From Gammaproteobacteria bacterium (lineage in GTDB: Bacteria; Pseudomonadota; Gammaproteobacteria; Steroidobacterales; GCA-2729495): DNA of 64,000 nt. Positions 45,937 through 54,285 of this stretch are shown piece after piece. The first letter of the stretch is position 1. The number at the start of each line of letters is the position of its first letter. The notes beneath the pieces are model-generated. The model was not told the DNA's origin, made no database searches, and saw only the letters and a list, made by a program, of their open reading frames with translations. The stretch lies in assembly GCA_041396045.1 (NCBI GenBank), contig JAWKZI010000010.1, positions 36,221 through 100,220 of the forward strand. The letters are read 5' to 3'. The position numbers and the translations under genes were made by a program.

Positions 45937-47307
45937 CTGCGCCGGGGAAACCGAATCCTGTGTGGAGCTCCAGTAGTTGCCGGCCAGATTGCCGATGTTG
46001 CCGTTATCGACCAGATTCGCCTGCATGGTCTGGCGCAAGGGGGCGCCCTGCGTGCCGCAGCCGGTTCCGGCGCCGCTGCTGTCGTAGCCCATCTCGCAGA
46101 TTGCCGGCAGGTACCAGTCACTGTAACCATCCATGGTCGCTGTGCAGACGCCGGCGGCATACGTCGTCGGGTCCACACCCGGCACTCGTCGGGGTGGCGA
46201 ATTGGCGGCAACAATTTCTGTGGTGTTGCACTGCCCGTCGCGATTGCCGTTGCAGGTATCCGGCGGACTGGTTGACGCTTCCGACACACCTTGAATAACG
46301 ATCGTGCTGTCAGCCCATGACACGGCGTCTGGCCCCGAAGCCGGACTGGCCTGGTCGGTGATTGCCGCCACTGTCCCGGCGATGCTTTCATTGCCGGGTG
46401 TCGTATCGTCAATGGCAAACAGATAGCCGGACTGATAAACGCTGCCAAAGCCCACAACGCTGATCTGCGCAGTGACGGTGTTGGTATTGCTGCCGCTGGC
46501 CGACAGGGTGACTGGCACCGGGCTGACATCACCAGGCGCGGCACTCGGCGTTGCTCCCGGCGTGATGGTCAGCACACATTGGTTACCGGCGGCAATAGTG
46601 CCGCAAGCAGCCGGTGCGATCGTACTCCCAGCAGGCAGGTTTGCCGTGTAGCCCACTGCCAGGGCATCACTGCCACCGCTATTCGAGATGGTGAGCGTTC
46701 GTGATGCGCCACTGGTACTGAGCGCCAGAGCCGGGGCACTGACAGTCAACACAGGGTTACTGCCGGCAGAAAAACTGACGGTACAGTCCTGTGTGACAGC
46801 ACCGGTGGTATAGACCGCACCAGCCCATGTACCTGCAGTACAACTGCCACCAACCGCATTGGTGCGCGTATAACCACTGTCGGCCGTCACGGTGAACATG
46901 GTCGTGCCACCGAAATCGACAGCCTGCGGCGTGCCGGGCGAAACACTGACATTCGTGCCGGACGGTGTCACTGTCAGGCTGTTGATCGTTGCCGAAAAAG
47001 TGACCGTGCAGTTCGCCGTCACCGGGCCCGTTGTATAAACGGCAGCCGCCCAGCTACCCGCGGCACAGGTTCCAGCCACCGTATTGTCGCGTGTGTAGCC
47101 CGGGACCGCGACTACCGAGAACGATGATTGCCCACCGCTGGCAACAGACTGGGCACTGACCAGCGTGATGCCCACATTGCTGCCGGACGCCGTGACGGTG
47201 TAGCTGATTGTTTCACCACTGTCATCAGATCCGCCGCCACCGCCACCACAGGCGGCCAGGGCCAGACTGAATGCCAGAACCATGGCAGATTTTAACGGTT
47301 GCCCCAC
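45832..47307 (-). CDS. lipoprotein with InlB-B-repeat-like and Ig-like modules and C-terminal DUF1566 (Lcl-C-like) domain
   Basis: Lipobox LALAACGG. Two repeats of the pattern GYTR.N.V.G.C.AG.WA.AVYTTG.VT..CTV.FSA. C-terminus DGYSDWYLPAICEM...YWSSTQ...LGVRCVR fits DUF1566. Confidence 0.7.
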   Translation of the reverse strand: MGQPLKSAMVLAFSLALAACGGGGGGSDDSGETISYTVTASGSNVGITLVSAQSVASGGQSSFSVVAVPGYTRDNTVAGTCAAGSWAAAVYTTGPVTANCTVTFSATINSLTVTPSGTNVSVSPGTPQAVDFGGTTMFTVTADSGYTRTNAVGGSCTAGTWAGAVYTTGAVTQDCTVSFSAGSNPVLTVSAPALALSTSGASRTLTISNSGGSDALAVGYTANLPAGSTIAPAACGTIAAGNQCVLTITPGATPSAAPGDVSPVPVTLSASGSNTNTVTAQISVVGFGSVYQSGYLFAIDDTTPGNESIAGTVAAITDQASPASGPDAVSWADSTIVIQGVSEASTSPPDTCNGNRDGQCNTTEIVAANSPPRRVPGVDPTTYAAGVCTATMDGYSDWYLPAICEMGYDSSGAGTGCGTQGAPLRQTMQANLVDNGNIGNLAGNYWSSTQDSVSPAQLAWHSFFASGGGSAQLQSGRGNLLGVRCVRAVTP

Positions 47308-47412
47308 GTCGCAGTCCTCCAGCAGAGTAACCGCGACGATATGACTTAAGGTGGGATGCTGATAGCGGCATCCCCCGAATCTGTGACGTAGTGCTCGGGA
47401 ACAAACTCTGCA

Positions 47413-48120
47413 TCAATGCACTGGCGCATCGTCTGCCGTAGTGATGACGGTACCCGGCTGCATCTCGCCGGTCGCGAGAGCCTTCACATACTCGACCGTC
47501 GGCAGATGACAGTAAATCTGGCCCTGAAAAATCTTCGGGAGCAATGGCGTAATCCAGCTGTCGTAGTCCTGGAACAGCCCCGGCGAATTCAGGTGAACAA
47601 GCCCGTCCGGTGCCTGATAGCTGAGTGGAAAATCTGCCAGAAAGGAACGGCCCGTAATGTAGGGTTCGTTGTCATCAATCACGAATCTGGCCGCCCGATC
47701 GGCAGCTTTTGGCAATCCGTCTCTCCCCAGTTCATCGATAGCCAGCGCCCGGATCTGCTGCGTGATGTCAGGACAGCCGAGTTGCTCGCCAGCAGCGCTC
47801 GGACCAAATACCGCCCTCAGGATTGCCGCAGTTTTCATCTTGCACGACACCACGATCGGCCTTTGGCCGGCATAGGTCACCACCTGATAAATCTCGAAAG
47901 GCTCAGCCGACGACTTCGAATGCCTGAACGAAGGCATGTCCTTGAACACCGTGTTGCCAGGCTTGAGTGCTGTACTCGCTATCCGCTGCTGAACGGCGAT
48001 ACAGAACTCGTCCGACGCCGGGGCTGGCAGGGGATCGGTCAGGGCACGAACCGGCGACGGAAACGATGATGTGGCCACCGTCGCTATAACAATCAGAGCG
48101 CATAGTTTCATGTCAGCCAT
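47413..48120 (-). CDS. secreted protein, unknown function
   Basis: 235 aa with signal peptide MADMKLCALIVIATVATSSFPSPVRA. No family recognised. Confidence 0.5.
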   Translation of the reverse strand: MADMKLCALIVIATVATSSFPSPVRALTDPLPAPASDEFCIAVQQRIASTALKPGNTVFKDMPSFRHSKSSAEPFEIYQVVTYAGQRPIVVSCKMKTAAILRAVFGPSAAGEQLGCPDITQQIRALAIDELGRDGLPKAADRAARFVIDDNEPYITGRSFLADFPLSYQAPDGLVHLNSPGLFQDYDSWITPLLPKIFQGQIYCHLPTVEYVKALATGEMQPGTVITTADDAPVH

Positions 48121-48131
48121 CCTGATTCGCG

Positions 48132-49109
48132 TTAAAGAACATTGTCTCCGGCGGGAGTGGCTTCAGCCGGGATCACTGGCGTATTGTCCAGCCACTTGCG
48201 TACATCGTGACCGATCCTGGCACCGGCCTCCTCTACCGCCATGTGGCCCACACCCGGATAGCTGATGAACGTCAGCGATGGTGCTGCCGCCAGCAACTTC
48301 CGGAACTCGGTGGCCTGGGAAAATACAGCGGTACGGTTTGCCTCGCCCCAAAGCAACAGCACGGGCACACGGATCGAACGAACCAGGCCCTCGATGTCGC
48401 CCGCCTTGTACTGTGAGAGCCTGTCGAGTTGGGCTTCGCGCTGGCCTTCCCGCATCCACAAGTCATACCAGCGGTCGACCAGGCTGTCGGGGAGTTTTGA
48501 TGGATCGCCAAAACCGCTGCGAAGCATGAATTCCGGTAGCGCCCGCGGCAGAATGTACTTGAGCACATACCCGACCCTGGGCACGCCGCCACTGCGCATC
48601 TTCTCGCGGCCCTCCAGAGAACCCGGACTCAACAGAATCAATCGCTCGACGCGATCCGGATGAGCGGCTGTGTAGTGAATCGCAACCGTACCCCCCAATG
48701 AGGTACCGGCCAGCGTGGCCCTGTCGATCCCCAGGGCATCGATAAAGCCTTCGGTCAGCAAAAGCGTGCGCGGCAGGGTGTAGTCACCCGTCGGGTCGGG
48801 ACCGGTGAGTCCGTGACTGCTCATGTCAAGCCGGACCACACGGTAACTGTCCTTGAGCACATCCACCCAGGGATCCCAGTCGATCAGGTTGGAGAAGTTC
48901 GCATGGAACAGAATGACGACCGGGCCTGTGCCGTCGTCGCGGTAATGCATGCGCACACCATCGATGGTCACGAATCGGGAGGCAGGGCCTGCGTATCGGG
49001 CTTCCAGCTCGGCAGCAGGTATGTCCCGGTACATCCACAGGGCGACTCCGATACCGACAACAGCGAGGACGGCGATGACGAGCAATGTCCGGCCGATGAA
49101 GATCCACAT
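48132..49109 (-). CDS. membrane-anchored alpha/beta-fold hydrolase
   Basis: N-terminal TM helix, HANFSN (oxyanion region), GTSLGG (GxSxG nucleophile elbow), and C-terminal GVGHMAVEE (catalytic His). Confidence 0.8.
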   Translation of the reverse strand: MWIFIGRTLLVIAVLAVVGIGVALWMYRDIPAAELEARYAGPASRFVTIDGVRMHYRDDGTGPVVILFHANFSNLIDWDPWVDVLKDSYRVVRLDMSSHGLTGPDPTGDYTLPRTLLLTEGFIDALGIDRATLAGTSLGGTVAIHYTAAHPDRVERLILLSPGSLEGREKMRSGGVPRVGYVLKYILPRALPEFMLRSGFGDPSKLPDSLVDRWYDLWMREGQREAQLDRLSQYKAGDIEGLVRSIRVPVLLLWGEANRTAVFSQATEFRKLLAAAPSLTFISYPGVGHMAVEEAGARIGHDVRKWLDNTPVIPAEATPAGDNVL

Positions 49110-49248
49110 GCAGGTATTACTCCCGATCAGCCTGGTACTTTAATTGATGTCGGACAGCATGAAGCACTGCGTGTTGCCCTTGCACCCGACATTTCATGGA
49201 CAATGAAACCCTGGCACAGCTTCCGGAGTACATCTCTACGGTCACCTT

Positions 49249-50631
49249 ATGGCTATCAGTGTATTTGACCTGTTCAAGATCGGCATCGGGCCTTCGTCGT
49301 CACACACGGTAGGACCGATGCGTGCTGCTGCCCGTTTTGCAACACGCTGGCTGGAGGCACCAGAACATCTGGCCACAACCGCCAGAATACGCGTAGAGCT
49401 GTACGGATCGCTGGCTTTGACCGGGCGTGGTCATGGCACGGACAAAGCGGTGCTTTGCGGTCTTGAGGGTGAATTGCCTGACAGCATTGATCCGGACATT
49501 ATCAACAACAAGGTAGAACGAATCCGCAGCCACAAACGTATTCGCCTGCTCGGCAGGCACGAGATTGCATTCAACGAAAAGTCTGACCTTGTCTTCAACA
49601 AGCGGCAGAAACTTCCACACCACCCCAACGGCATGCGTTTTATCGCCTTCGACGCCGAAGGCCTGGAACTGGCCTCGCGTGACTACTACTCGGTTGGCGG
49701 TGGCTTCGTTGTCAATCACGATGAAGCCGCCGACGATCGTATCGTGCCCGACACCAGCCGGCTGCCCTATCCGTTCCACAGTGGCGATGAACTGCTACGC
49801 CGTTGCGAGGAGTCGGAGATCGACATTGCCAGTCTCATGCTGGCCAATGAAATGCACTGGCGACCCGAAGAGGAGATCCGCTCCGGTCTGCTGAAGATCT
49901 GGGCGACGATGCAGGAGTGTGCGGCCCGCGGCATGCAAAGCACGGGCGTGTTGCCGGGTGGGCTCAAGGTTCCACGCCGTGCTCCGGCCATGTGTACTGA
50001 ACTCCGCGCCCGCCAGCCAGAAGATTTACAGGATCCGCTGATGATCCTCGACTGGGTCAACCTGTACGCCCTTGCCGTCAATGAAGAAAATGCGGCAGGC
50101 GGTCGTGTGGTTACCGCACCGACCAATGGCGCGGCCGGGATCATTCCTGCAGTACTGCACTACTACCAGCGTTTCTGTTCAGGGGCCAATGAAGCCGGCG
50201 TCGTGAACTTCCTGCTCACGGCCGGCGCCATCGGCATCCTGTTCAAGGAGAATGCCTCGATCTCGGGCGCCGAAGTCGGCTGTCAGGGCGAAGTCGGCGT
50301 GGCCTGCTCAATGGCTGCAGCCGGGCTCACGGCAGCTCTCGGTGGCAGCATCTATCAGGTCGAGAATGCTGCTGAAATCGGCATGGAGCACAATCTGGGC
50401 CTCACCTGCGATCCCATCGGTGGCCTGGTACAAATTCCGTGTATCGAGCGTAATGCCATGGGATCAGTCAAGGCCATCAATGCCCAACGCATCGCCATGC
50501 GCGGCGATGGCGAGCATCACGTCTCTCTCGACAAGGTCATCAAAACCATGCGCGACACCGGACGCGACATGATGGACAAGTACAAGGAGACCTCGCGTGG
50601 CGGACTTGCCGTCAACGTGATCGAGTGTTGA
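49249..50631 (+). CDS. sdaA: L-serine ammonia-lyase (iron-sulfur dependent, single chain)
   Basis: [33 protein letters not shown] and [21 protein letters not shown]. Confidence 0.95.
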   Translation: MAISVFDLFKIGIGPSSSHTVGPMRAAARFATRWLEAPEHLATTARIRVELYGSLALTGRGHGTDKAVLCGLEGELPDSIDPDIINNKVERIRSHKRIRLLGRHEIAFNEKSDLVFNKRQKLPHHPNGMRFIAFDAEGLELASRDYYSVGGGFVVNHDEAADDRIVPDTSRLPYPFHSGDELLRRCEESEIDIASLMLANEMHWRPEEEIRSGLLKIWATMQECAARGMQSTGVLPGGLKVPRRAPAMCTELRARQPEDLQDPLMILDWVNLYALAVNEENAAGGRVVTAPTNGAAGIIPAVLHYYQRFCSGANEAGVVNFLLTAGAIGILFKENASISGAEVGCQGEVGVACSMAAAGLTAALGGSIYQVENAAEIGMEHNLGLTCDPIGGLVQIPCIERNAMGSVKAINAQRIAMRGDGEHHVSLDKVIKTMRDTGRDMMDKYKETSRGGLAVNVIEC

Positions 50632-50762
50632 GTGAGCGCCGACTTGCAATATTTTGTTAAATGACTTTTTGCCGGATCATCTGTCGATCTTCTTTACGAA
50701 GCGCTGCGACAAGCAATCCGCCGGACATGCCATTGTGTTGAAAACCAACCCGATACGATTGG

Positions 50763-50778
50763 TGGCACAAGAATTGCT
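50763..50778 (+). promoter_or_regulatory. sigma-54 (-24/-12) promoter TGGCAC-N5-TTGCT
   Basis: Exact match to the TGGCAC-N5-TTGCW consensus, 62 nt upstream of the ATG at 50840, in an A/T-rich intergenic region. Confidence 0.65.
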
Positions 50779-50839
50779 ATGCTGTATGCAGTATCCACAT
50801 AATCAAAACGAATCTGATTGCACTCGGAGCCTAAATCGC

Positions 50840-51562
50840 ATGAACCCAGCTATTCGCCGTGCCGCACTTCCGTCTCTTGTCGCCTCAATGGCCATTGCAT
50901 TGTTGTCCCAGCAGGCGACCGCGGCCACGATTTCCACCAGCGCCATCATTCCCGTGACCTCGGGCAGCGGATTTACGTTGCTGCCGATCTCAGGCCTGGC
51001 CCAGTTCGACCCGTCCCAGGGAACACTTACCGGCATCACGTTCAGCCTTGATATCAGCAACTACGATGTGACGCTTAGCCTCAGCTCCTGGGATGACCCG
51101 GGTACTGGCGCCCAGTTTCAGTCGGCCAACCTGTCAGGCCAGTTTTCCATTGATGCAGCACTTCCAGGTGGGGGTGGCCTGCTCTTTTCTTCAACCGCAT
51201 TCGGTAACGACCTCTACGACGAATTCGGTACCGTGGATGTTTTCGGGTTTTCAGGTGGACCTGTACTCGAAGATGCGATGGCGCGCCTGACAACAGAAGG
51301 CCTGCTCACCAGCTTTATTGGCACCGGCAATGTTTCCCTGCTGAGCTTCGGTGTCTACAGCTTTGGCTATCCCGACATGGTCGAGCTGGATGACGGCTCA
51401 TTCGCCGATGGCAACCCGTACATCGATGCGTTCAACGTTGGCCCGTCTACCGTCACGATCGATTACGCCTATACGCCGGCTGTAGTACCTCTCCCCGCCG
51501 GCATCTGGCTGCTCGGGTCTGCACTGCTTGGATTGGCCGGAATCAAACGCAGAGTCGCCTGA
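50840..51562 (+). CDS. secreted protein with VPLPA/PEP-CTERM-type sorting signal
   Basis: Signal peptide MNPAIRRAALPSLVASMAIALLSQQATA. C-terminus VVPLPAGIWLLGSALLGLAGIKRRVA (motif, TM helix, basic tail). Confidence 0.75.
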   Translation: MNPAIRRAALPSLVASMAIALLSQQATAATISTSAIIPVTSGSGFTLLPISGLAQFDPSQGTLTGITFSLDISNYDVTLSLSSWDDPGTGAQFQSANLSGQFSIDAALPGGGGLLFSSTAFGNDLYDEFGTVDVFGFSGGPVLEDAMARLTTEGLLTSFIGTGNVSLLSFGVYSFGYPDMVELDDGSFADGNPYIDAFNVGPSTVTIDYAYTPAVVPLPAGIWLLGSALLGLAGIKRRVA

Positions 51563-51598
51563 CACAACGTCGCCTGGCACAATCGCCGCCGTATCACC

Positions 51599-51633
51599 GG
51601 GGGGCGCCGCTATCGGCGCCCCTCTTTCGTTTC
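51599..51633 (+). terminator. rho-independent terminator
   Basis: GGGGCGCCG-CTAT-CGGCGCCCC followed by TCTTTCGTTTC. Overlaps the stop codon of the convergent PilZ gene. Confidence 0.7.
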
Positions 51634-51936
51634 TGCGTTCGTTGCTGCCAGTACGAGTTCCAGCTCGCGGTACTTCGATTCATCAAAAATGACACCGATC
51701 CCGTCAGCCTGACCGTGAATTACAAAAGCCGGCCACCGACAAAGACGATTGTCGGGGCCGGCCAGGGTAAATTCGACGTTAATCAGACCCCGAACCGCCG
51801 TATGCGGATCCGGAACCGCCAGAAATGCACCGCCCAGACTGACGTTGACAATAGTCACGGCGATTTCCTGACCTTTGGCGGTGCGCATCGTGGCCGGCAG
51901 GTGGACTGGCTGTCGCCTGGCGAGTCGGTGCTCCAT
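51610..51936 (-). CDS. PilZ-domain protein
   Basis: RRQPVHLPATMRT..G...VTIVNVSLGGAFL (RxxxR ... D/NxSxxG pattern). Confidence 0.7.
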   Translation of the reverse strand: MEHRLARRQPVHLPATMRTAKGQEIAVTIVNVSLGGAFLAVPDPHTAVRGLINVEFTLAGPDNRLCRWPAFVIHGQADGIGVIFDESKYRELELVLAATNAETKEGRR

Positions 51937-51969
51937 TTTTGCTACCAGTGCCACTATCGCCACCAAGGG

Positions 51970-52131
51970 CTATAACCGTCGTCGCCCCGTCAGGAAGAAG
52001 AAGGCTGCCAGGACCAGGCCAACAATGAAGAGGATCCAGGCAATATTTGCCGAAATTCCAGCGACACCACCGATGCCCAAGGCGCCGGCGACCACGGCGA
52101 TAATGAGAAAAACCGCTGCCCAGTAGAACAT
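51970..52131 (-). CDS. DUF1328 (UPF0391, YtjA-like) small membrane protein
   Basis: [41 protein letters not shown] is the canonical family sequence. Start trimmed from 52161. Confidence 0.85.
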   Translation of the reverse strand: MFYWAAVFLIIAVVAGALGIGGVAGISANIAWILFIVGLVLAAFFFLTGRRRL

Positions 52132-52304
52132 TGCTCTCACCTCTTTAAGCTGATGTGGCAATCATTCTCTCTGCTGGAAGTCCTGCCAGAAGTCGGCCCG
52201 AGGCGGGTTCCGCGCGCATCAACAGACTACAGTCGAGTAGGATGAGTCTGACATACACCTCCAGTACTGGATGGGCATCCGATGACTGAAGCACAGGTAG
52301 CGTC

Positions 52305-53594
52305 ATGAGCACCACGGGAATTGGCGGGTCTGCGGCGCCACCCGCAGCGCCCGTATCGGAATTCAGAAACGGCTGGCGAATGCTGGTTGCGGCTTCGATT
52401 GGCATCGCCTTCGGCGCGTCGCCGATACCGTACAACTCGATCGGTGCATTCACCGTCCCGCTCACCGAAGAGTTTGGCTGGGGCCGTGGCGACGTACAGT
52501 TTGCCATTCTGGGTTTCACCATCGCGGTCGTGATTGCCGTGCCCATCATCGGGGCACTGGCCGACAGGTTTGGCGTCCGCCGGGTAGCCCTGGCGACGCT
52601 GATTGCTTTCGGCCTCGGCTTCGCGGCCCTGTCGCTGACGCCCGCCTCACTGTTCGGCTTTTATGCGATCTGGATTGTCACCGGCCTGCTGGGTGGCGGT
52701 TCAACCCCGGTTACCTGGACACGCGGCGTCAACGCCTGGTTTGAGAAGCGACGCGGGATGGCGCTGGCCATCGCCCTGATGGGCACCGGTATCACGGCGG
52801 CCATTCTGCCCAGACTGACCACCTGGCTGATTGCGGGATTCGGCTGGCGAACAGCCTTCGCTGCCATATCGCTATTGCCGCTGGCCGTGGCCCTGCCCAT
52901 TGCGATCGCCTGGTTTCGTGAGCCTACATTTCACCCGTCGGAGAAGATGCTTGCCCCGCCCGAGCAAACCGGCGTAACGGTCCGGCAGGCCCTGGCCAAC
53001 TATCGGTTCTGGGTAATCGCTGTTGCCTTGTTCGTCATTGCGACAGGCGTCGGTGGACTGATCACAAATTTTCTGCCACTGCTGACCGACCGTGGATTTA
53101 CCGTGGCCGATGCTGCATGGACCAGCGGTGCTATCGGCGTCAGCCTTATCATCGGCCGCCTGGGTGTCGGCTATCTGCTGGATCGGGTGTGGGCGCCTCT
53201 GGTGACTTTTCCGCTGCTGGTGATGCCGGCGATTGCCTGCGTCATTCTCATGCAGGATCAGGTGGGCCAGCTATCGGCTATCGCAGCCGCCTGCATGATC
53301 GGAGTGGCGGCTGGCGCCGAAACCGATCTCGTCGCCTATCTGGCAGCCCGTTATTTCGGACTGCGCAATTACGGCACAATCTATGGCCTGCAATATGCGG
53401 TATTCGCCATGGCCTCGGGACTTGCACCATGGGCATTCGGCCGGGTCTACGATCAGTTCGGCACCTACGATCCGATTCTGATCGTTTCCAGCATCGGTTT
53501 CGTGGTTGGTGCCGCCGCGCTACTCACGCTTGGTCGCTATCCGGATTTCTCCGCAAAGCGGAACCAGGCTACAGACTCACCACTCGGGAAGTAG
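52305..53594 (+). CDS. MFS transporter
   Basis: 429 aa, 12 predicted helices. Loop motif GALADRFGVRR between TM2 and TM3. Confidence 0.85.
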   Translation: MSTTGIGGSAAPPAAPVSEFRNGWRMLVAASIGIAFGASPIPYNSIGAFTVPLTEEFGWGRGDVQFAILGFTIAVVIAVPIIGALADRFGVRRVALATLIAFGLGFAALSLTPASLFGFYAIWIVTGLLGGGSTPVTWTRGVNAWFEKRRGMALAIALMGTGITAAILPRLTTWLIAGFGWRTAFAAISLLPLAVALPIAIAWFREPTFHPSEKMLAPPEQTGVTVRQALANYRFWVIAVALFVIATGVGGLITNFLPLLTDRGFTVADAAWTSGAIGVSLIIGRLGVGYLLDRVWAPLVTFPLLVMPAIACVILMQDQVGQLSAIAAACMIGVAAGAETDLVAYLAARYFGLRNYGTIYGLQYAVFAMASGLAPWAFGRVYDQFGTYDPILIVSSIGFVVGAAALLTLGRYPDFSAKRNQATDSPLGK

Positions 53595-53612
53595 CGAGGC
53601 CGTCGACCGATC

Positions 53613-54224
53613 ATGGCTTTTTATCAGCAGCGCATTCTGCCGTGGCTCATCGACAAGGGCATGCGGAACAAGGCCATGACGAAGTATCGGCCACGGCTGC
53701 CACCACTGGCGGCGGGCCGCGTGCTGGAAGTCGGCATGGGTTCGGGGCTGAATTTTCCGTACTACACGGGTCGTGTTGAGCACCTCTACGGCCTGGAACC
53801 TGCCGAATATCTGCGCAATGCGGCAGCCGCAGTTGTAGGGCTTGCTCCCTGTCCCGTGACATTTCTGGCGGCCGGCGCCGAAGCCATTCCACTGGAAAGT
53901 GCGTCCATCGATACAGTCGTCAGCACCTGGACGCTGTGCTCCATTCCGGATGTTGAGGACGCACTCAAGGAGATGCGTCGCGTGCTGAAGCCGGGTGGGC
54001 GCCTCCTGTTTCTGGAGCACGGCCGCGCACCCGACGCCAAGGTTGTGCGACTGCAAAACCGCCTGGCTCCGGTGTTTCGCCTGCTGGCTGGCTGCAATTT
54101 GAATCGGCCGATTGATTCACTGCTGGAAAATGCCGGCTTCGCGTTCAACGATCTTGAGCGTGGCTATCTGGATGGTCCGCGCTTCATTGCCTATCACTAT
54201 ATTGGCGATGCCCGAATAGCCTGA
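53613..54224 (+). CDS. class I SAM-dependent methyltransferase (Methyltransf_11-like)
   Basis: VLEVGMGSGLN (motif I) and LKPGGRLLFLEH. Confidence 0.85.
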   Translation: MAFYQQRILPWLIDKGMRNKAMTKYRPRLPPLAAGRVLEVGMGSGLNFPYYTGRVEHLYGLEPAEYLRNAAAAVVGLAPCPVTFLAAGAEAIPLESASIDTVVSTWTLCSIPDVEDALKEMRRVLKPGGRLLFLEHGRAPDAKVVRLQNRLAPVFRLLAGCNLNRPIDSLLENAGFAFNDLERGYLDGPRFIAYHYIGDARIA

Positions 54225-54285
54225 GCCGACTCAATTGGCCTTATGCACCGCCGGTGGCCTAAACTTTTCGCACCCCAGGTTGCGA

